Shown: positions 1 to 9,414 of the stretch, piece by piece
Layout: the number at the start of each line of letters is the position of its first letter
How positions within the stretch are numbered: the stretch's first letter is position 1
DNA from: an uncultured Bacteroidales bacterium
Lineage (GTDB): Bacteria; Bacteroidota; Bacteroidia; Bacteroidales; VadinHA17
NCBI GenBank assembly: GCA_937871625.1
Contig: CALMRD010000069.1
Span: forward strand, 1 to 41,810
Length of the DNA stretch: 41,810 bases
Direction of reading: 5' to 3'
Program-made: the position numbers and the translations under genes
Notes under the pieces: generated by a model
What the model saw: the letters and a program-made list of their open reading frames with translations, nothing else
Database searches by the model: none
Told to the model about the DNA's origin: nothing

Positions 1-11
1 CCTAATTTTAC

Positions 12-19
12 TATCTTTG
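12..19 (+). promoter_or_regulatory. Bacteroidota-type -7 promoter element (TATCTTTG, consensus TAnnTTTG) upstream of prfB
   Basis: Exact match to TAnnTTTG, 19 nt upstream of the ATG at 38. The same octamer type recurs upstream of several other genes in the window. Confidence 0.45.
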
Positions 20-37
20 CGCCAGACAGAAAGAGCC

Positions 38-1130
38 ATGATAACCAATGACCAGCTAAAAGAGCTCACTGAACGCCGGGATGCGTTAAGGAGGTATCTT
101 TGACATCGACGGGAAGAGAACAGAGATAAAGGAGAAAGAGGAGATCACACATGCCCCCGGCTTCTGGGATGACCCCAGGAAGGCCGAGGAGCTGATGAGG
201 GAGATATCCGCTGTAAAGAGCTGGACCACCGCCTTTGATACCGTCGACACCGCCGTCGAGGACCTGGTGGTCCTTTACGATTTCTATAAAGAGGGTGAGG
301 TCACCGATAAAGAGCTGGGGCAGCAGTATGATGTTGCCCTTGCCGCCATCGAGAAGCTCGAGGTGCGCAACATGCTCCGCAATGAGGAGGACCGCCTCGG
401 GGCGATGCTCAAGATCAATGCCGGTGCCGGAGGCACGGAGAGCAATGACTGGGCACAGATGCTCATGCGCATGTATCTCATGTGGGGAGAGAAGAACGGC
501 TATAAGGTCACCGAAGCATACTACCAGGAAGGTGATGAGGCAGGCATCAAGACCGTCACCCTCGAGTTCGAGGGCGACAACGCCTACGGATACCTCAAGA
601 GCGAGAACGGTGTCCACCGCCTCGTGCGTATCTCGCCCTTCAACGCCCAGGGTAAGCGGCAGACGACATTTGCGTCGGTTTATGTGGCTCCGCTGGTGGA
701 TGACGAGATCACCGTCGAGATCAACCCCGCCGACATCACCTGGGAGACCTTTCGTTCGTCGGGTGCCGGCGGCCAGAACGTCAACAAGGTGGAGACCGCG
801 GTGCGACTCCGCCATGCACCCACGGGGCTGGTGGTAGAGAACCAGGAATCACGGTCACAGGGACAGAACAGGGAGAATGCGCTGCGCCTGCTCCGGTCGC
901 ATCTCTATGAGATGGAGCTGAGGAAGAGACAGGAGGCACAGGCAAAGATTGAAGGGTCAAAGAAAAGGATAGAGTGGGGCTCGCAGATAAGGTCATACAC
1001 ACTCCACCCCTTCAAGCTGGTGAAGGACCTGCGTACCGGATTTGAGACCGGCAATGCCCAGTCGGTACTAGACGGCGAACTCGACGGGTTCATCAAGTCG
1101 TACCTCATGGAGTTCGGTGGCAGCCAGTGA
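38..1130 (+). CDS. prfB: Peptide chain release factor 2; expression needs a programmed +1 ribosomal frameshift (frame-0 ORF 38-100 stops at TGA 101-103, frame +1 continues from GAC 102 to stop 1128-1130)
   Basis: The track ORF 195-1130 carries the RF2-specific SPF tripeptide ([13 protein letters not shown]) and the GGQ motif ([15 protein letters not shown]). Upstream, ATG 38 gives [21 protein letters not shown], then TGA. Shifting +1 at CTT TGA C continues [36 protein letters not shown] in the same frame as the 195 ORF ((195-102)/3 = 31). The joined length of about 363 aa is typical for RF2. Confidence 0.93.
89..104 (+). promoter_or_regulatory. prfB autoregulatory +1 frameshift cassette: internal SD-like AGGAGG (89-94), TAT spacer, slippery CTT (98-100), in-frame TGA (101-103) followed by C
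   Basis: The sequence AGGAGGTATCTTTGAC is nearly identical to the classical E. coli prfB recoding site AGGGGGTATCTTTGAC. Confidence 0.88.
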
Positions 1131-1203
1131 GGCTCCATGACAAAAAGCATGATTTAAAAGGCTAATAATCCGTTTATTTACCCCATCAGGAACAAGCATA
1201 TCA

Positions 1204-3069
1204 ATGGATAGTAAAGAAAGGTTATTCGGCGATTTTCCGCCTGTCACCACGGAAGAGTGGATGGCAAAGATCACTGCCGACCTCAAGGGGGGTGATTTCA
1301 GGAAGAAACTGGTGTGGAAGATGCGTGACGGCATCGAGGTCATGCCCTTCTACAGGCAGGAGGATCTCAACAGCCTCCCACTCACCAATCTCCTGCCTGG
1401 TGACTTTCCCTTTCTCAGGGGAAACAGGCTCTCCGGCAACAGCTGGCTGGTGCGGCAGGATATTTCCGTCACCGACTTTGCAGAGGCAAACCGCAAGGCT
1501 CTGGAGATACTCATGAAGGGGGTCTCCGCCCCAGGCTTCATCATTGAAGATCCGCAGTCGGTCAGCGATACCAACATCGCCACCCTGCTGAAGGGGATTC
1601 ACGCGGAGAGTGCAGAGCTCAATTTTGTCACCGCCGGCAGGGCGAAGGAGCTGACCGCCGCCATCAAAAAGGTAGTGACCAACATGGGCAGCGATCCCAG
1701 CGCGGTGAACATCGTAGTATCGGCAGATCCGCTGGGCAGGCTGCTGGCCAACGGCAGGCTGTGCGTCTCCGTGGAGGAGGGTCTCGATTATCTCGCTGAC
1801 CTGGTAAGGGAGAGAGCCTCGTTGCCCGGGCTGAAGTGCGTGGAGCCCTCCGGCACCCTCTTCAGCAATGCAGGGGCAGGGCCGGTGGCAGAGCTTGCTT
1901 ACACCCTGTCGCTGGGCAATGAATACATGGCGGCACTGACATCCCGGGGCATAGACCCCGATATGGCAGCAGGGGCCTTCAGGTTCACCTTCGGCATCGG
2001 TCCCGACTTCTTCCCGGAGATCGCCAAGCTTCGTGCGGCACGACTGCTCTGGGCAGTGATTGTCAAAGGCTACAGCCCTGCCACCGCAGAGGCCTCCTCA
2101 ATGCACATACACTCCGTGACCGGAAGATGGAACAAGACCCTCTATGACGCTTATGTAAATATGCTGCGCACGCAGACAGAGGCTATGTCTGCCGTACTCG
2201 GAGGGGCAGAGACGATTACCGTGGAGCCCTTTGACACAGTCTTCCGCACTGCCGGTGAATTCTCCGAGAGGATAGCCCGCAACCAGCAGCTGCTGCTGAT
2301 GGAGGAGTCTCACCTCGACAAGGTGGCGGACCCCGGTGCCGGATCATATTACCTCGAGGAGCTCACCTCGGCCATCGCTCATGAAGCATGGCGTCTCTTC
2401 CTGGAGATCGAGAACGAGGGCGGTTTCCTGGCGGCAGCGCGGAAGGGGCTGATACAGGAGAGGATAGATACTACATCTGCCTCACGCGAGGGTGATGTGG
2501 CTCGTCGGCGCGCCATACTGCTGGGCACGAACCAGTACCCGAATTTCACCGAAAAACAGGCACCCCGGTACGATAAGGAAAAGCTCTTCCCGACAGCCGG
2601 GGCCACCGGGGATGAGGAGGTGACACGCATCATGCCCCTCCGCGGGGCACAGGAGTTTGAAAAGCTCAGGCTGGCAACAGAGAGGGCCGGTCGCAGACCG
2701 CTGGCTTTCATGCTCCCCATAGGCGACCGTGCCATGAGGATGGCCAGGGCGCAGTTCTCGACCAACTTCTTCGCCTGCGCAGGATACGAGGTGAGAGACA
2801 ACAACGGCTTCGGCTCCCCGGAGGAGGGTGTCGCTGCCGCCCTGGAGGCAAAAGCAGAGATAGTGGTCATCTGCAGCTCGGATGAGGAGTATGCCACGCT
2901 GGTGCCGGAGATACATAAGCTGATTACCGGTAAGGCAATTGTGGTGGTGGCTGGTAACCCGCCATGTACGGATGACCTCAGGGCACTGGGGGTGGAGCAT
3001 TTCATCAGCATCCGCTCGAATGTGCTGGAGACACTGCAGATGTTCAACGGATTACTGGGAATAAAGTGA
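1204..3069 (+). CDS. mutA: Methylmalonyl-CoA mutase, small (beta) subunit
   Basis: 621-aa ORF immediately upstream (6 nt) of the large subunit. N-terminus FPPVTTEEWMAKITADLKGGDF...VWKMRDGIEVMPFY and the central TIM-barrel-like region are typical of MutA. The C-terminal B12-domain-like fold lacks the DxHxxG ligand. Confidence 0.85.
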   Translation: MDSKERLFGDFPPVTTEEWMAKITADLKGGDFRKKLVWKMRDGIEVMPFYRQEDLNSLPLTNLLPGDFPFLRGNRLSGNSWLVRQDISVTDFAEANRKALEILMKGVSAPGFIIEDPQSVSDTNIATLLKGIHAESAELNFVTAGRAKELTAAIKKVVTNMGSDPSAVNIVVSADPLGRLLANGRLCVSVEEGLDYLADLVRERASLPGLKCVEPSGTLFSNAGAGPVAELAYTLSLGNEYMAALTSRGIDPDMAAGAFRFTFGIGPDFFPEIAKLRAARLLWAVIVKGYSPATAEASSMHIHSVTGRWNKTLYDAYVNMLRTQTEAMSAVLGGAETITVEPFDTVFRTAGEFSERIARNQQLLLMEESHLDKVADPGAGSYYLEELTSAIAHEAWRLFLEIENEGGFLAAARKGLIQERIDTTSASREGDVARRRAILLGTNQYPNFTEKQAPRYDKEKLFPTAGATGDEEVTRIMPLRGAQEFEKLRLATERAGRRPLAFMLPIGDRAMRMARAQFSTNFFACAGYEVRDNNGFGSPEEGVAAALEAKAEIVVICSSDEEYATLVPEIHKLITGKAIVVVAGNPPCTDDLRALGVEHFISIRSNVLETLQMFNGLLGIK

Positions 3070-3075
3070 CAGGAG

Positions 3076-5232
3076 ATGAGCAACAGACCAAAATATACAG
3101 AGCACGATATTGACAGGGTCACGGTGCCCCGGCGCAATATCAACGAATGGGAGAGGGAGAACGGCATCCCGCCGCTCTGGGATACTCCCGAGCGCATACG
3201 CGTGAAGAGCGTATACACACGTGCTGACCTGAGTGAGATGGAGCACCTGGACTATGCGGCCGGAATACCGCCCTACCTGGGAGGCCCCTACTCTGCCATG
3301 TACGTCATGAAGCCGTGGACCATCAGGCAGTATGCCGGCTTCTCCACCGCTGAGGAGTCGAATGCCTTCTACCGCAGGAACCTGGCGGCAGGACAGAAGG
3401 GTCTGTCGGTGGCTTTTGACCTGGCAACGCACCGCGGCTATGATTCGGATCATGAGCGTGTCGTCGGTGACGTGGGCAAGGCAGGCGTCGCGGTGGATTC
3501 GGTGCTTGACATGAAGATACTCTTCGACCAGATACCCCTGAACAAGATGTCTGTCTCCATGACGATGAACGGTGCCGTGCTTCCCGTGCTGGCGTTTTAC
3601 ATCGTCGCCGGCCTCGAGCAGGGGGCCAGGCTTGAGGAGCTGCAGGGGACGATACAGAACGACATCCTGAAGGAGTTTATGGTGCGCAACACCTACATCT
3701 ATCCCCCGGCCTTCTCGATGCGCATCATCGCTGACATCTTCAGGTACACCTCAGAGAAGATGCCGAAGTTCAACAGCATATCGATTTCAGGCTACCATAT
3801 GCAGGAGGCCGGCGCCACCGCTGACATAGAGCTGGCCTATACCCTCGCCGACGGGCTCGAGTACCTGCGTACCGGCGTCAATGCCGGGATGAGTGTTGAC
3901 GATTTTGCTCCCCGTCTCTCTTTCTTCTGGGCCAGCGGGCTGAATTTCTTCATGGAGATAGCCAAGATGAGGGCGGCACGTATGCTCTGGGCAAAGATCG
4001 TCAGCGGCTTCAACCCGAAAAACCCCAAGTCGCTTGCCCTGCGCACGCACACCCAGACCTCGGGATGGAGTCTCACAGAGCAGGATCCGTTCAACAATGT
4101 GGGACGTACCTGCATCGAGGCCATGGCTGCCGCCCTGGGACACACACAGAGCTTGCACACCAACGCCCTTGATGAGGCGATAGCGCTGCCTACCGATTTC
4201 TCTGCCAGGATAGCCCGCAACACCCAGATCTTCCTCCAGGAGGAGACCAGCATATGCAGGGCTGTAGACCCATGGGCCGGATCATACTACGTGGAGACGC
4301 TCACCAACGAGATAGCACACCGGGCATGGGAGCTGATAGAGGAGGTGGAGAGCCTCGGCGGGATGGCCAAAGCCATAGAGTCAGGCATACCCAAGATGCG
4401 GATTGAGGAGGCTGCTGCCAGGGCACAGGCCAGGATTGACTCCGGGGCACAGACCATCGTCGGTCTTAACAAATACAGGCTGGAGAAGGAGGACCCACTT
4501 GAGATACTGGAGGTTGACAACAGTGCCGTACGTGATTCCCAGATAAAGAGGCTCCAGCAGCTCAAGGCTTCCCGTAACGAAGAGGAGTGCGGCGCAGCTC
4601 TCGAGGCCATCACCAGGGCAGCGGAGACGGGTGAGGGTAACCTCCTCGCACTCGCCGTGGAGGCTGCATCAAAAAGAGCTACCCTGGGTGAGATATCATA
4701 CGCATGTGAAAAAATAGCAGGAAGATACAAAGCAGTGATAAGGACAATATCAGGAGTATATTCGTCGGAGTACAAGTCGGACTCCGACTTCGAAGAGGCA
4801 AAGGCCATGGCGGCCGAGTTTGCCTCCAGGGCCGGCAGACAGCCCAGGATCATGATAGCAAAGATGGGGCAGGACGGCCATGACCGCGGTGCCAAGGTGA
4901 TATCCACAGGCTATGCCGACATCGGCTTCGACGTCGATATAGGGCCTCTGTTCCAGACCCCTGCCGAAGCTGCCCGCCAGGCAGTCGAGAATGATGTGCA
5001 TCTGCTGGGTGTCTCAAGCCTTGCCGCCGGACACAAGACCCTGATACCGCAGGTGATCAACGAGCTTAAGAAGCTGGGGCGCGAAGACATACTGGTCATC
5101 GCCGGGGGCGTGATACCCCCGCAGGATTACCAGTTCCTGTATGATACCGGCGTGGCAGCCATCTTCGGTCCCGGAACGTCAGTATCGAAAACAGCAAAAG
5201 AGATACTATCTTTGCTGTTGCAGACAGTATGA
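3076..5232 (+). CDS. mutB: Methylmalonyl-CoA mutase, large (alpha) catalytic subunit, adenosylcobalamin-dependent
   Basis: Hallmark motifs [46 protein letters not shown] and the B12-binding [11 protein letters not shown] (DxHxxG). 718 aa. Confidence 0.95.
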   Translation: MSNRPKYTEHDIDRVTVPRRNINEWERENGIPPLWDTPERIRVKSVYTRADLSEMEHLDYAAGIPPYLGGPYSAMYVMKPWTIRQYAGFSTAEESNAFYRRNLAAGQKGLSVAFDLATHRGYDSDHERVVGDVGKAGVAVDSVLDMKILFDQIPLNKMSVSMTMNGAVLPVLAFYIVAGLEQGARLEELQGTIQNDILKEFMVRNTYIYPPAFSMRIIADIFRYTSEKMPKFNSISISGYHMQEAGATADIELAYTLADGLEYLRTGVNAGMSVDDFAPRLSFFWASGLNFFMEIAKMRAARMLWAKIVSGFNPKNPKSLALRTHTQTSGWSLTEQDPFNNVGRTCIEAMAAALGHTQSLHTNALDEAIALPTDFSARIARNTQIFLQEETSICRAVDPWAGSYYVETLTNEIAHRAWELIEEVESLGGMAKAIESGIPKMRIEEAAARAQARIDSGAQTIVGLNKYRLEKEDPLEILEVDNSAVRDSQIKRLQQLKASRNEEECGAALEAITRAAETGEGNLLALAVEAASKRATLGEISYACEKIAGRYKAVIRTISGVYSSEYKSDSDFEEAKAMAAEFASRAGRQPRIMIAKMGQDGHDRGAKVISTGYADIGFDVDIGPLFQTPAEAARQAVENDVHLLGVSSLAAGHKTLIPQVINELKKLGREDILVIAGGVIPPQDYQFLYDTGVAAIFGPGTSVSKTAKEILSLLLQTV

Positions 5233-5900
5233 GAACTATCAGTATCATCACCATCATTGCCGTTCTGGCCCTCGTGGCCGGATGCGGCACATCCCGCAAG
5301 CATGCAGCAGGGGCAGCAGAGCCTGCACCCGTTGCGGCACAGGATCAACCTGCACCGGATGAGACAGTTCCGGAGACAGCACCGTTCGGCAATGCCGCCA
5401 TGGCAGGCAAAGAGGAGGCAGGGGGTGAAGCCGCCACTCATGTGTGGGACTTCCGTGACGCCACCACCTGGCTTCTGGGTGACATAAGCCTGCAGCGGCT
5501 GGCAGAACCACCCCATTCATCATGGTTTCTGGAGGGTTACGCGAGCTACATCCCGGATGCTGTATGCCTGGAGCAGCTCAGGAATACCGACATCAGCGAC
5601 ATTACGATCACAGTGGTGCTCGGCACATGGTGCCCCGACAGCCGCAGGGAGGTGCCGCGGTTCATGAAGCTGGCCGACCTGTGGGGCTTCCCGACAGAGA
5701 AGATACGGTTTATCGGCGTCGACATCAACAAGGTGGCTCCACTGGATGAGTATGCCAGCCTGGGCATAGAGAGAGTCCCCACCTTCATCTTTTTTGAAAA
5801 TAATTCGGAGAAAGGACGCATCATTGAGATTCCGGTATCGTCTTTAGAACAGGATAGCAGAGATATCCTCGAAGGAAAATATGAACCGATAAAATTTTGA
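5229..5900 (+). CDS. Thioredoxin-fold lipoprotein with single-Cys WCPDS (CxxS) motif
   Basis: Lipoprotein signal [19 protein letters not shown], an Ala/Pro-rich linker, then a thioredoxin-like core ([17 protein letters not shown] ... VPTFIFF). The ATG overlaps the mutB stop (ATGA at 5229-5232). Confidence 0.7.
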   Translation: MRTISIITIIAVLALVAGCGTSRKHAAGAAEPAPVAAQDQPAPDETVPETAPFGNAAMAGKEEAGGEAATHVWDFRDATTWLLGDISLQRLAEPPHSSWFLEGYASYIPDAVCLEQLRNTDISDITITVVLGTWCPDSRREVPRFMKLADLWGFPTEKIRFIGVDINKVAPLDEYASLGIERVPTFIFFENNSEKGRIIEIPVSSLEQDSRDILEGKYEPIKF

Positions 5901-5904
5901 ACCA

Positions 5905-6420
5905 ATGGAAGAAGAAATAACCAACAAGCAGTCCGGAGTGGGCGTGGGCGCCCTGGTGACAGCCATCATAGCGTTTCTGCTGGCAGTAGTGCCATGTATT
6001 GGACTTATCGCAATCATTCCTGCAGTCATAGCCATCGTTCTGGCCATTGTCGGTCTCTCACGGTCGAATGGCAACCAGGGGATGCTTGTCGGCGGTCTGG
6101 TCGTGGCCGTAATAGCCCTCATGATCTCAGTATCACAAAGCTTTGTGATAGGCAAGATCGCCAATAACTCAGGCAAATGGTCCAACGATATCGAGAAGGT
6201 GATCAGGGATGTGACCGATGATATCGAGAAGGAGTTCGGTGATAACGAGATCACAATCCGTATCAACAACGATGACGAGACTGTTGAGATCAAGGCTTCG
6301 ACAAAGAGGGATGAACTCAAGGACAGGCTTGAGGAGCTTGAGGGCACGGCTGACACCGTGAAGGGTGACGCTGAGAAGGAAACTGAAAAGGAACCGGAGA
6401 AGGAAGAAGTGCAAAAGTGA
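5905..6420 (+). CDS. Small membrane protein (two hydrophobic helices, DUF4190-like) with acidic coiled C-terminal tail
   Basis: Hydrophobic segments GALVTAIIAFLLAVVPCIGLIAIIPAVIAIVLAIVGL and GGLVVAVIALMISV are followed by a D/E/K-rich tail. Starts 4 nt after the previous gene. Confidence 0.6.
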   Translation: MEEEITNKQSGVGVGALVTAIIAFLLAVVPCIGLIAIIPAVIAIVLAIVGLSRSNGNQGMLVGGLVVAVIALMISVSQSFVIGKIANNSGKWSNDIEKVIRDVTDDIEKEFGDNEITIRINNDDETVEIKASTKRDELKDRLEELEGTADTVKGDAEKETEKEPEKEEVQK

Positions 6421-6905
6421 AGCTGTCATCTTCCCGGAGAGCTTACTTTACCGTAAACGCGATATTTGCCGGAGTGATCCTGTTTATCATGGGTTACTCC
6501 GTTTTTTATTCCCCCGACACCGGGAAGTACCCCGTCTCCTGCATCCATGAGAAGCTTACGGGGGAGCCGTGTCCCTCCTGCGGACTCTCACATGCGTTCT
6601 CCCTGATCGTCAGGGGAAGGATCGACGAGGCGCTGGAGTGGAACAGCTTCTCACTGAGAGTCTTCCTCTTCTTTGCTCTTCAGCTGTTAATGCGGGCCGC
6701 GCTGGGGACGTGGACTCTGCTGGGTGGCAGGGGGTCAGGAGCCTCTGCCCGGACGGGGCAGGCTGCGGAGAGAGGAGAGGCTGCCGGAACCGGACATCTG
6801 TCGGGTCTGAGGCAGGTGACGACCGCCGACGCAGTCATCTCGTCAGCGATGGCCCTCTATGCATTCTACCCTTTCCTGAGGGCACTGTGGATATCACTCT
6901 TTTGA
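6417..6905 (+). CDS. DUF2752-like membrane protein (CPSCG motif)
   Basis: GTG start overlaps the preceding stop (GTGA 6417-6420). Has an N-terminal TM, then the EPCPSCGLSHAF motif characteristic of DUF2752. The C-terminal half carries a Gly/Ala/Arg-rich insert. Confidence 0.55.
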   Translation: MKLSSSRRAYFTVNAIFAGVILFIMGYSVFYSPDTGKYPVSCIHEKLTGEPCPSCGLSHAFSLIVRGRIDEALEWNSFSLRVFLFFALQLLMRAALGTWTLLGGRGSGASARTGQAAERGEAAGTGHLSGLRQVTTADAVISSAMALYAFYPFLRALWISLF

Positions 6906-6908
6906 CCG

Positions 6909-7382
6909 TCATTCGTCGAACAGTGAGTTTATCACCCTGTAGACAAGATCACTCTCAAACCCCCTGCCCAGGGCGTGCCTCAGCAGCTTTCCCTTCAGAT
7001 CATACCTGTTCTTTGCCCTGATCTTCCTGCGCTGATCTTCCACCGTCTTTCGCAACAGGGCCATATATTCCTCATCATCAATGGCTTCCAGTCCTGATGC
7101 GATTGCCTCCGGAGACACCTTCTTGTTCCGCAGCCCCATGGTGATCTTCACCTTTCCCCAGTGGCTGTGCCTGAAGTGATCCAGGACAAAAGCCCTGCTG
7201 TACCTCTGCTCGTCGATGAATTTTTCCTTAAGCAGCCGGTTGATAATATGCTCCTGAGTGGTCTCATCCTCTGCTCCCCACCGGTCGAGCATTGCCCTGA
7301 TGTCACTTATGCAGTATTCTCTTCCCGAGCATGCCTTCATGGCCTTCTGAAGCAGCTCCTCCCTGTCAGCTTTGTCTCCCAT
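6909..7382 (-). CDS. recX: RecA regulator RecX
   Basis: 157 aa. Repeated three-helix RecX-like pattern (CSGREYCISDIRAMLDRWG..., IDEQRYSRAFVLDHFRHSHWGKVKI, LLRHALGRGFESDLV). Confidence 0.8.
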   Translation of the reverse strand: MGDKADREELLQKAMKACSGREYCISDIRAMLDRWGAEDETTQEHIINRLLKEKFIDEQRYSRAFVLDHFRHSHWGKVKITMGLRNKKVSPEAIASGLEAIDDEEYMALLRKTVEDQRRKIRAKNRYDLKGKLLRHALGRGFESDLVYRVINSLFDE

Positions 7383-8241
7383 GTCTCACAGCTTTGATAA
7401 ACCTCTCTTTCCCCCTGATATCCCTGATGATGTTTATGCTCTCAAAAATATTACCGTGCAGCAGTGAGGCCGTCTCCTCCGCGAGCTGTTCGTTAACCTC
7501 CAGCCACAGTACACCTCCGGGTACAAGACGGGCATCGGCTATGGCTGCTATGGTGCGGTAGTAGAGCAGAGGGTCGTTGTCAGGCACGAACAGGGCCTCA
7601 TGAGGCTCCCACTCCATGACATTGCGGTGCATGGCGACCATCTCACTCCTCCTCACATAGGGCGGGTTGCTGACTATGATATCACTCACTGGCACCGTCT
7701 CCGGTGCCTGGCTCAGGATGTCAGCAGTGATCAGCTCTACTGAGGTGCCGGTAAGGTTTATGTTGCGTGCTGCAGCCCGCAGTGCTGCGTGTGCATTCTC
7801 TGTAGCCACTACCGTTGCCTCCGGAAAGGCAGCCGACAGTGCGATGGCTATGCACCCTGACCCGGTGCAGAGGTCGGTGACGGTTCCTGAGAAACAGCCG
7901 TTCTCCGCGATGATCATGGCAGTCATCTCTTCTGTCTCAGGCCGGGGTATAAGCACACCGCTCCCTACCTCTATCCTCTGTCCGCAGAAGAGGGTATAGC
8001 CAAGGATATACTGCAGCGGTTCGCCGGCGGCGGCCCGGCCGGCGGCGGCAAGTATCCTTTCCATCTGCTCCTTCTCTGCCGTACGGTCGCCAAAAGCCAG
8101 CTGCGCGCCACGGTTCATTCCGGTGTACTCCAGTATGATGGAGGAGGTCAGGGCCGCGGCCTCCTCCGGGGGCCACAGGCGGCCAAGCATTCGTGAAAGA
8201 TGGCGCTGAATGTCGCTTATTGTTTGTAACTTTTCGGCCAT
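7366..8241 (-). CDS. prmC: Release-factor glutamine N5-methyltransferase PrmC/HemK
   Basis: SAM-binding DLCTGSGCIAI and catalytic NPPY (IIVSNPPYV). Start assigned to MAEKLQTISD (ATG 8241-8239). The 148 upstream codons of track ORF 7366-8685 overlap ribD antisense and look non-proteinaceous. An alternative start at Met18 (8190) is possible. Confidence 0.85.
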   Translation of the reverse strand: MAEKLQTISDIQRHLSRMLGRLWPPEEAAALTSSIILEYTGMNRGAQLAFGDRTAEKEQMERILAAAGRAAAGEPLQYILGYTLFCGQRIEVGSGVLIPRPETEEMTAMIIAENGCFSGTVTDLCTGSGCIAIALSAAFPEATVVATENAHAALRAAARNINLTGTSVELITADILSQAPETVPVSDIIVSNPPYVRRSEMVAMHRNVMEWEPHEALFVPDNDPLLYYRTIAAIADARLVPGGVLWLEVNEQLAEETASLLHGNIFESINIIRDIRGKERFIKAVRHGRQS

Positions 8242-8266
8242 GAACCAAAGATAGGCATTTGCTCTC

Positions 8267-9331
8267 ATGACACACACCGATGACCTGGCCTTCATGCACC
8301 GTTGTCTTGACCTGGCGCGCAATGCAGAGGGAGCCACAGCCCCCAACCCCATGGTGGGGGCGGTGATAGTGCATGACGGCGTGATAATAGGCGAAGGATA
8401 CCACCTTAAGGCAGGCACCCCCCATGCAGAGGTCCATGCCCTCAATGCGGTGAGCGACAAGTCGCTGCTGCCACGGTCAGTGATGTATGTCAGCCTGGAG
8501 CCCTGTTCACACCACGGGCGTACGCCGCCGTGTGCCGATCTGATCATCAGCAGCGGCATACGAAAGGTGGTGGTGGGCTCGCCAGATACCAGCCTCAGGG
8601 TGGCCGGCAGGGGTATAGCACGGCTGCGGGAGGCGGGTGTGGAGGTGATAACAGGGGTGGCAGAGAAGGAGTGCCGTATGATCAACAGGAGGTTCTTTAC
8701 ATGGCATGAGAGAGAGCGTCCCTATGTGATACTTAAATGGGCCCGCAGCGCTGACGGATTCATAGACCTGGTGCGCAAGGCCGATGACCCCGTGGAGCCT
8801 CACTGGATCACCGGCATGACGGAACGGATACTGGTACATCGCTGGCGCGCAGCAGAAGATGCCATCCTCGTCGGGGGAGCCACGGTGCGCGCCGACAACC
8901 CGTCGCTCGACGTGCGCTTCTGGCACGGGAAGAACCCCCTCAGGGTGATAGTAAGCCGCAGCGGTAACATTGACCCGCATTCAAAGGTTCTCGACGGGTC
9001 AACGGAGACACTGCTCTTCACTACAAATGCGGGTCTCAGCCTGCCCGGCGTACAGATAATCAGGCTGACAGGTGAAAACGATTTTATCCGGGAAATACTG
9101 CACACACTTCATGCCATGGATGTGCAGTCGCTCTTCGTCGAAGGCGGATCCTTCATGATACGAAGCTTCATCGAGGCCGGAGCCTGGGATGAGGCCAGAC
9201 GATTCACCGGCATGATGAGCTTCGGCAACGGGGTGCCGGACCCCTGTCCCGGGATGACACCGGAAAAAATGTTCCTTTTTGAGAAAAGTAAACTGGAAAT
9301 TACGTATCATTTTGACGGGAACTCCGTATAA
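8267..9331 (+). CDS. ribD: Bifunctional riboflavin biosynthesis protein RibD (pyrimidine deaminase / uracil reductase)
   Basis: Zinc-deaminase motifs HAEVHAL and PCSHHGRTPPC, followed by a reductase domain (ILVGGATVRADNPSL). Confidence 0.92.
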   Translation: MTHTDDLAFMHRCLDLARNAEGATAPNPMVGAVIVHDGVIIGEGYHLKAGTPHAEVHALNAVSDKSLLPRSVMYVSLEPCSHHGRTPPCADLIISSGIRKVVVGSPDTSLRVAGRGIARLREAGVEVITGVAEKECRMINRRFFTWHERERPYVILKWARSADGFIDLVRKADDPVEPHWITGMTERILVHRWRAAEDAILVGGATVRADNPSLDVRFWHGKNPLRVIVSRSGNIDPHSKVLDGSTETLLFTTNAGLSLPGVQIIRLTGENDFIREILHTLHAMDVQSLFVEGGSFMIRSFIEAGAWDEARRFTGMMSFGNGVPDPCPGMTPEKMFLFEKSKLEITYHFDGNSV

Positions 9332-9377
9332 CCCTACTGTTAGTAACTGCTATTATTTGTTAATAAATAATAATTCG

Positions 9378-9385
9378 TATTTTTG
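9378..9385 (+). promoter_or_regulatory. -7 promoter element TATTTTTG
   Basis: Matches TAnnTTTG, 30 nt upstream of ATG 9415, in an AT-rich spacer. Confidence 0.45.
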
Positions 9386-9414
9386 AGACCCAATCTTAAA
9401 AAGGATCTAATATC

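Noticed and set aside
66-815. 249-aa minus-strand ORF overlapping prfB. Similar long antisense or alternative-frame ORFs occur at 235-837, 2379-3218, 2482-3000, 4287-4907, 5844-6356, 12676-14482 (several), 17036-17692, 19790-20464, 25914-26559, 31469-32170 and 31936-32598.
   Set aside because: All lie inside well-supported genes with recognisable motifs on the other strand or frame. Their translations are low-complexity Ala/Arg/Ser/Pro-rich strings, typical of shadow ORFs in GC-rich DNA.
1131-1203. Looked for a cobalamin riboswitch upstream of mutAB, and for an FMN riboswitch upstream of ribD (8242-8266)
   Set aside because: The spacers are 73 nt and 25 nt, far too short for either aptamer, and no conserved B12-box or RFN-like sequence was seen.
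8242-8685. 148-codon N-terminal extension of the prmC ORF (track ORF 7366-8685)
   Set aside because: The extension is antisense to the well-supported ribD gene, has no methyltransferase-like sequence and has shadow-ORF composition. MAEKLQ at 8241 gives a normal-length PrmC of about 291 aa.
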